Shown piece after piece: positions 10,530 through 21,915 of a stretch of 64,000 nt of DNA. The first letter of the stretch is position 1. Every line of letters begins with the position of its first letter. Below the pieces are notes generated by a model. The model did no database searches. It was not told the DNA's origin and saw nothing but the letters and a program-made list of their open reading frames with translations. Both the position numbers and the translations under genes were made by a program. This stretch comes from an uncultured cyanobacterium (GTDB lineage: Bacteria; Cyanobacteriota; Cyanobacteriia; PCC-9006; JAAUQQ01). Where the stretch lies: positions 3,968,001 to 4,032,000 of the forward strand of contig OY970368.1 in the NCBI GenBank assembly GCA_963718615.1, read 5' to 3'.

Positions 10530-13040
10530 TTAATCCTCCTGAAGTTCCAAGACCGAGACCCAGACAATTTGTTCACTACGATCCGGCTGGACTAACCGCG
10601 TGCCGCTGCTATCCTTGCCGTAGATTTCGATTTGCTCTAGGCCAATATGGGCGACTCGCTCTTGGTTAGTCATCACCGTGACGATCGCTGCAGCACTATC
10701 CACTGCTGCCGAACGCCTCAGGGCTGCAAGGCTATCACTCTTGAGCGCAAACTTAAAGCCTGAATTGCCCAAGTCTCCGCAATTGCCAGGTGAGAGCAAT
10801 CCCACCGGCATACGTTTCATATAGCCCTTGGCCGAAACCAGCAACAACTCATCGCTACTGCTGACCACCGCACAGCCCACGATGGCTTCCGTTGATCGCA
10901 TGCGAATGCCCTTCACCCCTTGGTTATTGCGATTGGCTTGGGGTAATTGGTGATCATCAATAGTGAACCGCAAGATACGCCCGCCGGAGGTGGCGAGTAC
11001 GAGGGATTGGCCAGCTTGGGCGATCGCCACAAACTGCACCTCATCCCCATCCTTGAGCTTGGTCAAGGTCAATCCCCGTCCCGTCAAATTGGCACAGTCG
11101 GTCAAGGGCAAGCGCTTAACTCGTCCCTTCTGGGTGACCAAGATCAGGTCTTGATCCTCAACGTCTTCGGGCAACAGGAAACTCGCAATGATCGCCTCAG
11201 GTTCACCATGCAACGCTTCCGGCAAGAAGGTCACCAGCGGATCCCCCCGACCCTTGCGCTTGACCAGCATGACCTCATCCACCCCGAAAGAATACGCCTT
11301 GCCATCGCGGGTAAAGGCCAAAATCGCTTGCTCCGGCTGGGCAATTTCTAGCTGAGCCGTAAAATCTTCGGCGGCTTCTAAGGTGGCGTTGGCTTCCGGC
11401 AGACCCTGGCGTTTGTAGCTGCGCAGCGTCAGCCGTCGCAAATAGCTGCGATGACTCAGCTCTAGGGCGGTGGGGTCTTCAACCTGTCCGCCTTCCACAA
11501 AGGTTTCCGCAATTTCTTGGACCTGCTGGGCAGCGGCTTCTTTGGTTTGGATGCGGGTGCGGCGGGGGGTGTCGTACTGACGCTTGAGCGCTCGTAGATC
11601 CTTTTTGAGGGATTTGAGGAGTTCGTGGCGATCGCCCAAGAGCTTTTCCAGCCGCGCAATTTCCGTTTCTAGTTCATCCTGTTCATCCCGCAGCTTTTGT
11701 TGTTCAATGCCCGTGATTCGTCGCATGGGCATCGCCAAAATCGCATCGGATTGGCGATCATTGAGGTCAAATTCCACCTGGAACTGAGCCTTGGCCGTGG
11801 GGGCATCGGGGGCATCCCGCAGGATTTCGATCAGGCGATCAAGATCCCCCAGGGCTTTCAGTATCCCATCCACGATTTCCAAGCGGTCTGCGGCCTGGTT
11901 CATCGCGTAGGTATAGCGCCGGGTGAGCGTGGCTTCGCGAAACTTGAGAAACTCCTCCAAAATTGCCTTGAGCGTGAGCTGCACCGGCTGGCCATCCACC
12001 AAGGTCAGCAAAATAGAGCCAAAGTTAGACTGCAAAGCTGTTTTTTGATAGAGCGCCTGCAAAATTTGGGCGGGGTTGCCCTCGCGCTTGACTTCGATCA
12101 CGACCCGCATGCCATCGCGATCGCTTTCATCTCGAATATCCGCAATCCCTTCCAGTTTCCCGTGGTTGACCAGCTCCGCCACTTTTTCGATCCAAGCGGC
12201 CTTATTCACCTGGTAGGGCAGCTCGGTAATGATAATCGCCGGACGACGATGGCGACCCCGACCGGGCTGAACCTCTTCCACCGTGGCTACACCACGAATC
12301 GTAATACTTCCCCGCCCTTGGGTGTAGGTACTGACGACGCCCTCCAGGCCGATAATCTCGCCACCGGTTGGAAAGTCTGGCCCCGGAACGATCTTCATCA
12401 AGGCCGCATCGGTCAGATCGGGACGATCGATCAACGCAATCAAGCCATCGACAATTTCCCCCAAATTGTGGGGCGGAATATTCGTCGCCATCCCCACGGC
12501 AATGCCCGAACAGCCATTCAGCAGCAAAAACGGTAGCTGGGCCGGAAGCACCACGGGCTCCTGCTGGGAATTGTCAAAGTTGTCGGTGAATTCGACCGTG
12601 TCTTCCCCAATTTCTCCCAGCATTCCCTCATGGCTAATGGGAGCCAGCCGCGTTTCGGTGTAGCGCATGGCCGCCGGCGGATCATTATCCACGGAGCCAA
12701 AGTTGCCATGGCCGCCCAGGAGTGGATAGCGACAGTTAAAATCTTGAACCAACCGCACCAGCGCATCGTAAACCGACTGATCGCCATGGGGATGATACTT
12801 ACCCAACACATCCCCGACCACGCGGGCGCATTTGCGGTAGGGCCGATCCGGTGTCAAACCCAGCTCATGCATGGCGTAGAGAATCCGCCGCTGGACCGGC
12901 TTGAGACCATCGCGCACATCCGGTAGCGCCCGCCCTACGATGACACTCATGGCGTACTCCAGGTAAGAGCGCTGCATTTCTTGGTGCAGGGCAATGGGCA
13001 CTACCCGTTCATTGCCTAGGAGGTTTAACTGGTCAGCCAT
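10530..13040 (-). CDS. gyrA: DNA gyrase/topoisomerase IV subunit A (second cyanobacterial paralog)
   Basis: [30 protein letters not shown], catalytic AAMRYTE; no recognisable GyrA-box. Confidence 0.93.
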   Translation of the reverse strand: MADQLNLLGNERVVPIALHQEMQRSYLEYAMSVIVGRALPDVRDGLKPVQRRILYAMHELGLTPDRPYRKCARVVGDVLGKYHPHGDQSVYDALVRLVQDFNCRYPLLGGHGNFGSVDNDPPAAMRYTETRLAPISHEGMLGEIGEDTVEFTDNFDNSQQEPVVLPAQLPFLLLNGCSGIAVGMATNIPPHNLGEIVDGLIALIDRPDLTDAALMKIVPGPDFPTGGEIIGLEGVVSTYTQGRGSITIRGVATVEEVQPGRGRHRRPAIIITELPYQVNKAAWIEKVAELVNHGKLEGIADIRDESDRDGMRVVIEVKREGNPAQILQALYQKTALQSNFGSILLTLVDGQPVQLTLKAILEEFLKFREATLTRRYTYAMNQAADRLEIVDGILKALGDLDRLIEILRDAPDAPTAKAQFQVEFDLNDRQSDAILAMPMRRITGIEQQKLRDEQDELETEIARLEKLLGDRHELLKSLKKDLRALKRQYDTPRRTRIQTKEAAAQQVQEIAETFVEGGQVEDPTALELSHRSYLRRLTLRSYKRQGLPEANATLEAAEDFTAQLEIAQPEQAILAFTRDGKAYSFGVDEVMLVKRKGRGDPLVTFLPEALHGEPEAIIASFLLPEDVEDQDLILVTQKGRVKRLPLTDCANLTGRGLTLTKLKDGDEVQFVAIAQAGQSLVLATSGGRILRFTIDDHQLPQANRNNQGVKGIRMRSTEAIVGCAVVSSSDELLLVSAKGYMKRMPVGLLSPGNCGDLGNSGFKFALKSDSLAALRRSAAVDSAAAIVTVMTNQERVAHIGLEQIEIYGKDSSGTRLVQPDRSEQIVWVSVLELQED

Positions 13041-13362
13041 GGGTGTTCTATCCGCAGGGGAGCGTTCTGTTTAGTTTTATAGTACTGAAGTATCAGATTC
13101 TTGGCGATCGCCGCAGCGATCACCGCAAAGGCCGCCACAGAGATTGGTACCGAGATTGGCACCAAGATTAGCGCAGAAATTCGCACAGAAGTCCCCAGGG
13201 AGAGGAACTTCAAGGGTTATCTCGTGGCCTAGCATAGCGAATGATACCTTTTCTGTGCAGTGAGCATGGCGTTTTCGGTTAAAAATAGAAGCCAGTAGCT
13301 CCTGCTTTTTGCCGACCCATTGGCAATCGGTGGTAGCCCCATGACCCTAAACGGACAGCACC

Positions 13363-13752
13363 ATGGCTACGGTTCTTATTGTTGAAGACGACAAGGCGAA
13401 TATTCTCGTCTTCTCAAAAATTCTCAAAAAACGCGCTGGACTGGAGGTTCGAGCCACGGAAGATGTGGAGGAGGTGGTCCAGTTGGCCGAATCGGGTGAG
13501 ATTGATTTGATTTTGATGGATGTGGCGCTATCGCGCAGTACCTATCAAGGTAAATCGATCGATGGCATTAAAATTACGCAACTGCTGAAGTCGAAGCCGG
13601 AAACGCAAAATCTACCGATTATTCTGGTGACGGCCCATGCCATGCGGGGCGATCGCGAGAATTTTCTCAACCAAAGCGGGGCAAACGACTATATTTCAAA
13701 GCCCGTGGTGGACCAACAGGAGTTTGTAGATAAGATTTTGGCGTTAATTTGA
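13363..13752 (+). CDS. Single-domain response regulator (DivK/CheY-like)
   Basis: VLIVEDD, DLILMD, VTAHAM, YISKP. Confidence 0.9.
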   Translation: MATVLIVEDDKANILVFSKILKKRAGLEVRATEDVEEVVQLAESGEIDLILMDVALSRSTYQGKSIDGIKITQLLKSKPETQNLPIILVTAHAMRGDRENFLNQSGANDYISKPVVDQQEFVDKILALI

Positions 13753-13896
13753 CCGGTTGCCCTGCGATCGCGTCAGCAGCGTCCGTTTGCCAAAGCTCAG
13801 CATACTTAGTCCAGAGGTCAGACACATCTGCTTCGTCAACCTGCTTCGTAAACCCAACATGCCTTGGGCCGGATTGCTCAGTTTTACATCCTCACC

Positions 13897-14442
13897 CTAG
13901 GTTTCAGAGGTATAGCCTTGCTCTTGCAACTCTCGTATAATCCGCTCACCCAACTGAGTCCCCCAAGCCTCACCGGCAGCTTGAGATTCTTGAATCAGGA
14001 CAGGCGTTTTTTGAATTAAGGCTGCGCCTTCAGGGGTTTTGTAAAAGGCGATCGCCGCTGTCAGTTCCGCATCCGTTAAATTTTTTGCAAAAACCGGAAT
14101 CAGTGCCTCAACGAGTGCATTCTCATCAATCTCGGCGAGTAATTTCTCGAAAAAAACAGCCGGGACCTGAGGATAGGCGTCTTGAAAAAGCGGAATTAAC
14201 GGGGCTACCATTTGCGTGGCCGTGGCCGTGGCTTGCGTCACGGCGAGATATTCCCGAATGAGCTGCTCTTTCTCTGCTGAAATAGGGGCGGCGGAGCCTT
14301 GCTGACTCTGGCTGAGGAAGGTTTTGCTCGTGGGTTGTTGAGCGAACTGTTGCGTCGAAGCAGGTCCCAAATCCTGCGCAAGCGTGGGCTGCGCCAAAGT
14401 TCCGATCAGGAGCATCGCTGCGCAAGATAAGACAGATTTCAT
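13897..14442 (-). CDS. Secreted DUF2059-domain protein
   Basis: Signal peptide from ATG 14442; LTDAELTAAIAFYKTPEG...KTP motif. Confidence 0.8.
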   Translation of the reverse strand: MKSVLSCAAMLLIGTLAQPTLAQDLGPASTQQFAQQPTSKTFLSQSQQGSAAPISAEKEQLIREYLAVTQATATATQMVAPLIPLFQDAYPQVPAVFFEKLLAEIDENALVEALIPVFAKNLTDAELTAAIAFYKTPEGAALIQKTPVLIQESQAAGEAWGTQLGERIIRELQEQGYTSET

Positions 14443-14565
14443 AGCTGTAGATGAGAGCAACAAAGAATGAGATAAACAAAGGCAGTGCAATCTTAGTTAC
14501 ACCAATATGCAGGCTAAAATCCCAAAATCCGCACTGATCTTAATAATTTGTTTTCCCTTGTCCCC

Positions 14566-15405
14566 TCACAAAAGACTATCCATCAGATCCATGGCTCGAA
14601 TGTCAGCCTCTGAAAGGGCGATCGCCCCCTGGGGTTGGCCATCGCGGGTTGGGTTTGTCCCTATCTGGGTTAAATGAGTTTCGAGTAAGCCCTTCATGGC
14701 GATGAGCTTGAGGCTATTTTCCGCTAGGGTCTTGGCGATCGCCGTCGCTCCCGGCATATACCCCACCGCCCCAATATCCATTAACGCAGCTCGCCGGAGT
14801 TGCAGATCCGGAGCCTCTAGGGCTTGAACCAATCGTTCGCCATACTGGGCCTGACCCGTGAGCTGGTAAAGCGATCGCGCCGCTGCATACTGCACCTTTT
14901 CCATAAAGTGCTCTAAAAATGGCTCAATCAACGGAACTGCTTCCGTCGCCCGCAAACTGCCTAGCGCTTCTAAAATCAAATCGTAGGGTTGGCACAAATG
15001 GGGTTTACCGGGCAACATCGTCGCCGCTTCGACCCCCCCGTTTAGAAGCGCCATCAAGGGTCTGACGGCACTGAGATCTCCCAATTCCCCTAGGGATTCG
15101 CTTGCGGCTCCTCGCACGTAGTAATCTTCGCAATCTAGACAGAGGAGAAGGGGCGGTACCGCTTTGCGATCGCCCAATTTCCCCAATGCTCTCGCCGCAT
15201 TGCGCCGCAGCGGATATCCTCCATCGGGCGAGCGATTGTCCTCGTCACTCAGGGCCGCGATTAATAAATCGATCACCTCCGGCAGATCCACCCGAAACCG
15301 ACCCAGCCACCAAGCTGCGTAGTAGCGCAGATCGGGGTCTTCCGTTTGTTGGAGGTTGGCGATCGCCTGTTCCAAGGTGAGGGATTCAGCGGAAATTTCA
15401 GTCAT
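14566..15405 (-). CDS. cpcE: Phycocyanin alpha-84 PCB lyase subunit
   Basis: RYYAAWWLG, DGGYPLRRNAARALGKLG, LAENSLKLIA; directly downstream of cpcA. Confidence 0.93.
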   Translation of the reverse strand: MTEISAESLTLEQAIANLQQTEDPDLRYYAAWWLGRFRVDLPEVIDLLIAALSDEDNRSPDGGYPLRRNAARALGKLGDRKAVPPLLLCLDCEDYYVRGAASESLGELGDLSAVRPLMALLNGGVEAATMLPGKPHLCQPYDLILEALGSLRATEAVPLIEPFLEHFMEKVQYAAARSLYQLTGQAQYGERLVQALEAPDLQLRRAALMDIGAVGYMPGATAIAKTLAENSLKLIAMKGLLETHLTQIGTNPTRDGQPQGAIALSEADIRAMDLMDSLL

Positions 15406-15575
15406 TGAGGTTAGCTATTGGGGTCAGTCATTGGGGTCAGTCGGGGTTACCAATGCTAAAGCCTAGACAGAAGGCTATCCACTAAAAGTCCCTTGGAAAT
15501 AAAATCCCTGAGAAATCCAGCAATAACCTTTTAGCCTAGGCTTCAAATTAAGCTCGGCAAAGCCGCAATCAGCAA

Positions 15576-16064
15576 TTAGCTCAGTGCGTTGATGGCGTAG
15601 TCGAGGTAGGAGTTCGCTTCAACAGCGGGGTCACCAGACAAACCATGGTTTGCTTTGATGTACTTCAGCGCTTCAACATACCAGCTGGGGGAGAGATCAA
15701 AGGTCTTGTTGATCTCGTCGAGACCGGCAAGCAGGTACTCATCCATGGGGCCAGTGCCGCCTGCAACGAGGCAGTAGGTGACCATGCGGAGGTAGTAACC
15801 GATGTCACGAGCGCACTTCGCTTTGCCTTCCGAAGACGCTGCGAAGTTGTTGCCCTGCATTTGGGTGGTGTAGGGGAACTTGCCATAAACGGCTTGAGCT
15901 GCGCCGTTGACCAAGGAGTCAGCCTTGTCGCTCAGTGCTTTAGCGGCTTGCAGACCAGACGTGGCTTGGCGAAAACGGCCAAAGGCAGCCTGCATTTCGG
16001 TGCTGCTCAGGAAACGGCCCTGGGAATCAGCAGCAGCAACCGCTTCGGTAAGAGGAGTTTTCAT
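15576..16064 (-). CDS. cpcA: Phycocyanin alpha subunit
   Basis: [20 protein letters not shown], chromophore Cys in KAKCARD; 162 aa from ATG 16064. Confidence 0.98.
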   Translation of the reverse strand: MKTPLTEAVAAADSQGRFLSSTEMQAAFGRFRQATSGLQAAKALSDKADSLVNGAAQAVYGKFPYTTQMQGNNFAASSEGKAKCARDIGYYLRMVTYCLVAGGTGPMDEYLLAGLDEINKTFDLSPSWYVEALKYIKANHGLSGDPAVEANSYLDYAINALS

Positions 16065-16144
16065 TGAACGGATCTCCCAAAAATTTTGCAAGAATTGATT
16101 AACAAAAAGCGCTTAAACAAAGGTCAGATGAAAGGGGACCTGAA

Positions 16145-16663
16145 TTAAGCAACAGCAGCCGCAGCGCGATCGAAGTAGCCACCGATTTCGGAAGCCAGAG
16201 CGCTACAATCGCCGGGGGTGATACCGTTGCGATCGTTAACAAGGTCCATTGCCGCAGACTTCATCTTGCGAACAGCCTCGGACACGGAAGCACCAGGAAC
16301 GCCCAGAGCCAAATAGGTCTCACGCAGACCATTGAGGCAGCGGTCTTCCAGAACGGAAGCGTCACCGGCAAAGGTTGCATAGGTCACGTAGCGCAGGATG
16401 ATTTCCATGTCGCGCAGACAAGCAGCCATGCGACGGTTGGTGTAGGCATTACCACCGGGTGCAATCAAACCAGGTTGCTCAGCAAACAGAGCACGAGCCG
16501 CGTTAGCAACAATTGCGGAAGCGTTGCCGGTCATCCGGTTAACACAGTCCATCCGCTTGCTGCCATCGGAAACCATGGCGTTCAGAGCATCGATTTGAGA
16601 ACCGCTCAGGAACTCACCGCGTGCATCGGCTTGAGCGACCACTTTGGTAAAAGCGTCAAACAT
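16145..16663 (-). CDS. cpcB: Phycocyanin beta subunit
   Basis: [23 protein letters not shown] (Cys82), GDCS (Cys153); AGGAG RBS. Confidence 0.98.
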   Translation of the reverse strand: MFDAFTKVVAQADARGEFLSGSQIDALNAMVSDGSKRMDCVNRMTGNASAIVANAARALFAEQPGLIAPGGNAYTNRRMAACLRDMEIILRYVTYATFAGDASVLEDRCLNGLRETYLALGVPGASVSEAVRKMKSAAMDLVNDRNGITPGDCSALASEIGGYFDRAAAAVA

Positions 16664-17143
16664 TGACTAAATCTCCTAATCTCGATTTCGCTTGACTAAA
16701 AACCAGTCGTAATCCAGTTAGCTTAACCCGCTGGTCAGCGACTTAGGATTACACAAACAGGCTGAGGCCTTCCCGCAACTATGAGCTCGCTCCTGACACT
16801 GCTAGACAATAAACCCCAGAAAATCTGCCTTGAACGACCACAAGATCCATCCGCTACAGAAAACTGAGAATTCTTAGCCTACGCTCTCAGAAGTTTAGAG
16901 ACTCAAGCGTATTGGCGGTAGTTCACTTTCACCTGTTGCTTTAACCCTTCTAGTTACCTTTATACAATGCCAGAGAGCGCCTGTTTGCGCTTGGCCATTA
17001 AGTTTTGTTACCCTGAGCTGGCGTCATGGGGGTAGAGGAATGGGGTTTTTGGGGTTTCTTGACCCGATGCTCTGGGTTCTGTTGCGATCGCCCCATTTGT
17101 TTCAAAACATTAAGAAAAAGGGATCCCGCACAGAAAAAATAGC

Positions 17144-17449
17144 CTAGCCCCGTTCATCAAAACGGCTGTAAAAACTGCCATATTTGCTCCAATAGGTTTG
17201 GAGGGCATGGTGGGGGGTATTGAGGCTAACCTTGGCGCGATAGAGGATCACCTGGCGGTGCTTGCCCATCCACAGCTTTTTGACCGAATCCACCGAGATT
17301 AAAACACCGCCCAGGGCTTCGACACATTCGGTGAAGCGATCGAGGGTTGACGATTCAACGGTTTCAAACCAGAAAAAACTACCGGAGCAAACCAGGTGAT
17401 GACTGCGGATCCAAGCGCGCAATTTTTTTTCGGCTTGAATGGGATACAT
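17144..17449 (-). CDS. cpeR: Phycoerythrin operon regulator CpeR
   Basis: WIRSHHLVCSG.FF.FETV and WMGKHRQVILYRAK motifs; last gene of cpeCDESTR. Confidence 0.9.
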   Translation of the reverse strand: MYPIQAEKKLRAWIRSHHLVCSGSFFWFETVESSTLDRFTECVEALGGVLISVDSVKKLWMGKHRQVILYRAKVSLNTPHHALQTYWSKYGSFYSRFDERG

Positions 17450-17508
17450 GACGACTTCGCCTCGGGTGCGAATCGGTAGGGTTAATGGATAACGGTCATG
17501 AATAGCGG

Positions 17509-18174
17509 TCACGAATAGTCTGGAGAAAGCTCATGGGCGTAGCTGCGGACCTTGGTAAACCGCAGAGGGCCGAGGTCAGAACCCCAGATGTGTTCGTGGG
17601 TGTCGAGATCAAAGCCGCGATCGCGACTCACCCAGGTGAATTCGGTTAATTCCACTTCGCTGACCAAATAGGTTTGATGGCCATTGCGGGGAATAATGCA
17701 GCGGTTGCCCGGTTCTACGGCTCCGATAAAGCGATCGCCTTCCCCCAATTCCGTAGGGATCGTATCCCGTCGAAAAATCATGGCGCAGTGACATCGCCGC
17801 ACTAAAACCGCTGGCGTAATCGCAGCCAGAATCTGGTCTTCTCGACTCGCTCCGGCGTAGAGCATGGCGTCTTTAAGACCATAGTTTTCAATGAAAATAC
17901 TGCCATCGGGTTGGGCAACCAAACGATGCACCCCTTGACGGTAGGGGGACCAGAGGTCGTAGTCGTAGGCTTGCTCGGAGTAGAACCCTACAGCGTTAAA
18001 AAAGGCAAAGGGAAGGGGCCGGAAATAAATATGAATTTGGGCAAACTTGGATGGTTCGGCCTGGGCCTGCTGCCAGTTGGTAAATTCCCCGGCCATCCAG
18101 TGGGCCAGGGTCTGCAACGCCATGGGATCAGCACTGGGAAGGGTCTGTAGGCTCTGTACATCGGAGCTGGACAC
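17509..18174 (-). CDS. cpeT: CpcT/CpeT family bilin lyase
   Basis: FYSEQAYDYDLWSPYRQG, SRDRGFD, WGS; follows cpeS. Confidence 0.9.
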   Translation of the reverse strand: MSSSDVQSLQTLPSADPMALQTLAHWMAGEFTNWQQAQAEPSKFAQIHIYFRPLPFAFFNAVGFYSEQAYDYDLWSPYRQGVHRLVAQPDGSIFIENYGLKDAMLYAGASREDQILAAITPAVLVRRCHCAMIFRRDTIPTELGEGDRFIGAVEPGNRCIIPRNGHQTYLVSEVELTEFTWVSRDRGFDLDTHEHIWGSDLGPLRFTKVRSYAHELSPDYS

Positions 18175-18725
18175 TAGGCATCCTCCCCGGTTGTGCGGAC
18201 TTCTGAAGCAAAAGAGGCGGTGACGACTCCCTTACCGCTACTGGTGCGAATCAGAGACACCCGAAACCGCACATGGGGGGTGCCAAACCAAATGCGTTCC
18301 TCGGCGGCGGCGCGATCGTAACTCGTCAGCAAGACAAACGTGCCATCTTCCATAAAGTGGTATTCCCCCACCGCAGGCATGGTTTCGGCATACCCCGTCG
18401 AGCGCAGCAATTTGCCACGATTGAGGATGTTGCCGGTTTCCGGATCTAACGTCGGAATTGGCACCAACAAACAGCTTCCCGCAACTGTTTCGTTATCGTC
18501 CCAATCCGACTCCCCCTCCCAAGCCATATGAAAGGGAACCACTGCAGTGGCGGGATCAAAACCGTGGGCCGTGCAAAGCTCAGCCACCGTCGGATCTGTC
18601 GCGGTAACCGCTGTGATATCGATGGTCGACAGAACTTCCTCGGAATGTTGAAACGCGAGGTTGTGACTGCTGCGTTGCGATCGCCAGCGCCCCAAAGAAC
18701 GCTCCACAAAAGTTTCGATGTTCAT
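18174..18725 (-). CDS. cpeS: CpcS/CpeS family bilin lyase
   Basis: GRWRSQRSSHNL, WEGESDWD, AEERIWF; likely ATG 18725. Confidence 0.9.
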   Translation of the reverse strand: MNIETFVERSLGRWRSQRSSHNLAFQHSEEVLSTIDITAVTATDPTVAELCTAHGFDPATAVVPFHMAWEGESDWDDNETVAGSCLLVPIPTLDPETGNILNRGKLLRSTGYAETMPAVGEYHFMEDGTFVLLTSYDRAAAEERIWFGTPHVRFRVSLIRTSSGKGVVTASFASEVRTTGEDA

Positions 18726-18888
18726 GACATCCCCGCCCGATAAAATGTCTAGGCTAGGTTTGCCCAGATTAGGTTTGCCCAGATTAGGTTTGCGTAGGCT
18801 GGGTTGCGCTGTGCTCAACACCAACCTACGGAGAATAGGATTGAGATAATCCCAAATTCCCTAGGACCGATTCCCTAGGACCGATTCC

Positions 18889-19650
18889 CTAACCAACCTC
18901 AGTAATGCTGAGAATTCGCCCACCACTGCGCTGAATGCTCCGCATGCGGTTGGACATTTGGTTGTAGCTGACCTCGTAGGTGGTGTTTGAACGACGCACG
19001 CGATCGCCCCCACCCGAGGCCACCGTAATCCGAAAACGCTTGCCGGTACTAGAGCCTGCCCCTGAGCCTCGGCGAGCGGGAGCCGAGATTTTGGTGGCGC
19101 GATTGCCTGCCAAATCGCCGATGAGACGGGCCTTGCCACTGGCATCGCTAGTTGCATCCCCGCGAACCAGGGCAAAAGAGCGATTAAACGTCACGTTTTT
19201 CAGTCCCACTTGGGTTTGAGTGGAACGAACATGGGGCACCACATTTTCGCCAAAGTTGCGATTGTATTCAGGGCTATCGAGATAGGAAGAAATTTCTGCC
19301 TCATAGCCATGGGTGTTGTAGATCAACACATGCTCTGCAATTTCGCTTTGGTCTTCGGGGGCACGACCCAGAAAATGTTTAAAATTCAGCTCAATAAAGC
19401 GGTATTGAGAAGAAGATTCAAAAAACTTGCGACGATACAGGTCAGACAAGGCTACCTGACGGACAAATTCGCGTACGGTAATGTCACGGTTGCGCAGTTG
19501 GGATTCTGCATTGTTGAGGCGATCGCTCTCCAGCAAATGGGCATTGCCCAAAACCTGGCGATAAACCGCCCGAATCACATTTTGTAGATCGTCTTCCGTA
19601 GCATTTGGCCAAAGTTCGACCCGCTCGGGGGCACTTACCCATAGGGACAT
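18889..19650 (-). CDS. cpeE: PE-associated rod linker
   Basis: PBS linker domain plus C-terminal CpcD-like domain; ATG 19650 with AAGGAG RBS; third linker in the operon. Confidence 0.85.
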   Translation of the reverse strand: MSLWVSAPERVELWPNATEDDLQNVIRAVYRQVLGNAHLLESDRLNNAESQLRNRDITVREFVRQVALSDLYRRKFFESSSQYRFIELNFKHFLGRAPEDQSEIAEHVLIYNTHGYEAEISSYLDSPEYNRNFGENVVPHVRSTQTQVGLKNVTFNRSFALVRGDATSDASGKARLIGDLAGNRATKISAPARRGSGAGSSTGKRFRITVASGGGDRVRRSNTTYEVSYNQMSNRMRSIQRSGGRILSITEVG

Positions 19651-19825
19651 GAAAGTAATCTCCTTTTTAAATTTGGTGTATGCAAAACAGAGAGTTGGGG
19701 TTACCAGCACTGTTCTGCTGATTACCCCATGCAGGCCCGAAGGCAAATGACCGGAAGGGGCGATCGCCCTTCCCTCAAATCAAAACGATCTAAATCAAAA
19801 ACATCCAAATCGAAAACATCAAAAA

Positions 19826-20623
19826 CTAAGCCACTTCCGTAATACTGACAATTCGACCGGAAGTACGGTGAATTTGCTTCAGTTGTGGCGTCATGTTGTC
19901 GCCGTCGACAGTGTAGGTAGTGGTGGCCAAGCGGCGGCGGCTGCCGTTGCGCTGACCGGTTACCACAATCTTGAAGCGCTTGCTCGGGGCATCAACCGCA
20001 CCGCCAACGCCGCCGGAGCGCGGAGCACGGATTTGGGGGGCAGTATTGCTGGCGATCGCCGACACCAGCTTCGATCCCTTCACCGCCTTATCAGTTTCCG
20101 CCGGTCCCCGGAAGAGGGTAAACATGCGGTTGTAGCCCGATTGTTTTTGGCCGACTTGGCTTTGAATTCCGCGATAGAACGGCACGGTGTTTTCGCCAAA
20201 GGCTTGCTGATATTCGTCGCTATCGAGATAGGAATCAATTTCTGCGTCGTAGCCCGCTTCAATGCAACAGCGGATATGTGCCGACGTTTCTTCCTGGGAT
20301 AATGGCGCGCGACCGAGGAGGTGTTTAAAATTCAGCTCCACAAACCGGTAGGGTGCGGAGCTGGAAAAAAAGCGCGTTTTGTAAAAATCAGACTTGGCGA
20401 TCGCCCGCACAAATTCCCGCACCGACAGCGAACCATTTTTAAGCTGCGACTCAGCACTTGTCAGCCGCTCACTTTCCATCAAATGGGCATTCCCCAATAC
20501 CTGGCGATAGGCTGCTCGAATTACCGCTTCTTGGTCTTCATTGCTGCTGCTCGGCCAAAGCTCAAAACGAGTATCAGCAAATGCATCAATGCCGAATCGA
20601 ACGGCGGGTGCAGTACTAACCAT
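19826..20623 (-). CDS. cpeD: PE-associated rod linker
   Basis: AAYRQVLGN, ELNFKHLLGRAP, GGRIV-like C-terminus; second linker in the operon. Confidence 0.85.
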   Translation of the reverse strand: MVSTAPAVRFGIDAFADTRFELWPSSSNEDQEAVIRAAYRQVLGNAHLMESERLTSAESQLKNGSLSVREFVRAIAKSDFYKTRFFSSSAPYRFVELNFKHLLGRAPLSQEETSAHIRCCIEAGYDAEIDSYLDSDEYQQAFGENTVPFYRGIQSQVGQKQSGYNRMFTLFRGPAETDKAVKGSKLVSAIASNTAPQIRAPRSGGVGGAVDAPSKRFKIVVTGQRNGSRRRLATTTYTVDGDNMTPQLKQIHRTSGRIVSITEVA

Positions 20624-20840
20624 GCTTAAAACCTTTCGTTTTTATGTTTTTTGATGATTTTGATAAGGAGAAAAGAGGTTGAGCCACGAGCCGCAAGCTT
20701 GGAGGCACTTGCATCACCCTGACAGGCTTCGTATTTCAACCTCACTCAGACGGACTTAAACCTACCTAGAACAGAGCAGAACCCATGAATAGGTCAGCTT
20801 GATGAATGAATCGCTGAGGACACTAGTCCTAGAAACAGTC

Positions 20841-21704
20841 CTAGGAAACAGGTGTCACGCTAGCAATCACGCCACCTTCCCGATGCACGCGCTGATAGGT
20901 CGCAGACAACTGGTCAAAGGGAACTAGATAAACTTTGTTGCTACGGCGGAATTTAGAAACCCGATTGACCACATTAGCGCGGTAGGAGGTGACTTCAACC
21001 CGATAAACCTTGCCATTGGAGCTGGCCCCAAAGCCTTGACGAGTTGCGGCACCCAGCGGTGGTGATTGAAACAAAGCGCCAGCACTGGCGGGCGATTTGA
21101 TCGTTGTGGCTTTGCCGTTGATCACAAGACCATTTAACCGAGGCTTCTTACCCGACAAATTGCCCTTGAGGCTGCTGCTCGAAGAGCCGCGAACTAACTC
21201 AAAGAAATGGGTAAACTGAACCATACTGGTGCAGGCTTCTGTCTTATACCCCCGTAGATAGGGAACCGTATTTTCGCCAAAGGTGTCCTGGTATTCAGCG
21301 CTATCAATATAGGAATCTATATCCGATTCAAACCCTTGGGCATCCAAAATGGTGCTGTGAGCGCGCATTTCTTCTAGATCGTAAGGGGCACGACCGAGGA
21401 GATGACGGAACGCTAACTCGATATAGCGGTAGCGAGCACAACTCTCAAAAAAACGGGAACGATAGAGCGCCGACTGAGCCACCTGACGCACAAATTCACG
21501 AACGCTGATTTCACCGCTTTTGAACTGCGATTCAGGGATAGAAAGCCGCTCACTTTCCATCACATAGGCATTGCCTAGGACCTGACGATAGACGGCCTGA
21601 ATGACGGTTTCTGCTTCGTCAGGGGAATAACCGGGGAGCAACTCCACGGGGGGTGTCTCATCAAAACGAGCGACCCCCAGTTGGGATGCAGGTCCAAATG
21701 GCAT
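20841..21704 (-). CDS. cpeC: PE-associated rod linker
   Basis: N-terminus MPFGPASQLGV..FDETPPVE typical of CpeC; AGGAG RBS. Confidence 0.92.
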   Translation of the reverse strand: MPFGPASQLGVARFDETPPVELLPGYSPDEAETVIQAVYRQVLGNAYVMESERLSIPESQFKSGEISVREFVRQVAQSALYRSRFFESCARYRYIELAFRHLLGRAPYDLEEMRAHSTILDAQGFESDIDSYIDSAEYQDTFGENTVPYLRGYKTEACTSMVQFTHFFELVRGSSSSSLKGNLSGKKPRLNGLVINGKATTIKSPASAGALFQSPPLGAATRQGFGASSNGKVYRVEVTSYRANVVNRVSKFRRSNKVYLVPFDQLSATYQRVHREGGVIASVTPVS

Positions 21705-21880
21705 TGAAACTGTCTCCTAATCGGGTATTAACACAAGTTTATTGAATAAAGAGAAAAGCTCTTCTAAGAAAGAAAATTGCAAGTCTCTTTTTGATTCTAA
21801 AGTGAGCCTGTCAACTCAGCTAACCTCTACGCCTCGATGAAGATCAAAGGAGAAAACGGCAAACTGATTTTTGGAACTCC

Positions 21881-21915
21881 ACCAGGGTTTGTGCAGTAAC
21901 TGTGCAAACCCTGGT
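21881..21915. promoter_or_regulatory. Inverted repeat in the cpeC upstream region containing an L-box-like direct repeat
   Basis: ACCAGGGTTTG...CAAACCCTGGT arms; the minus strand reads TTGCACA-GTTA-CTGCACA over 21907-21890. Confidence 0.6.
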
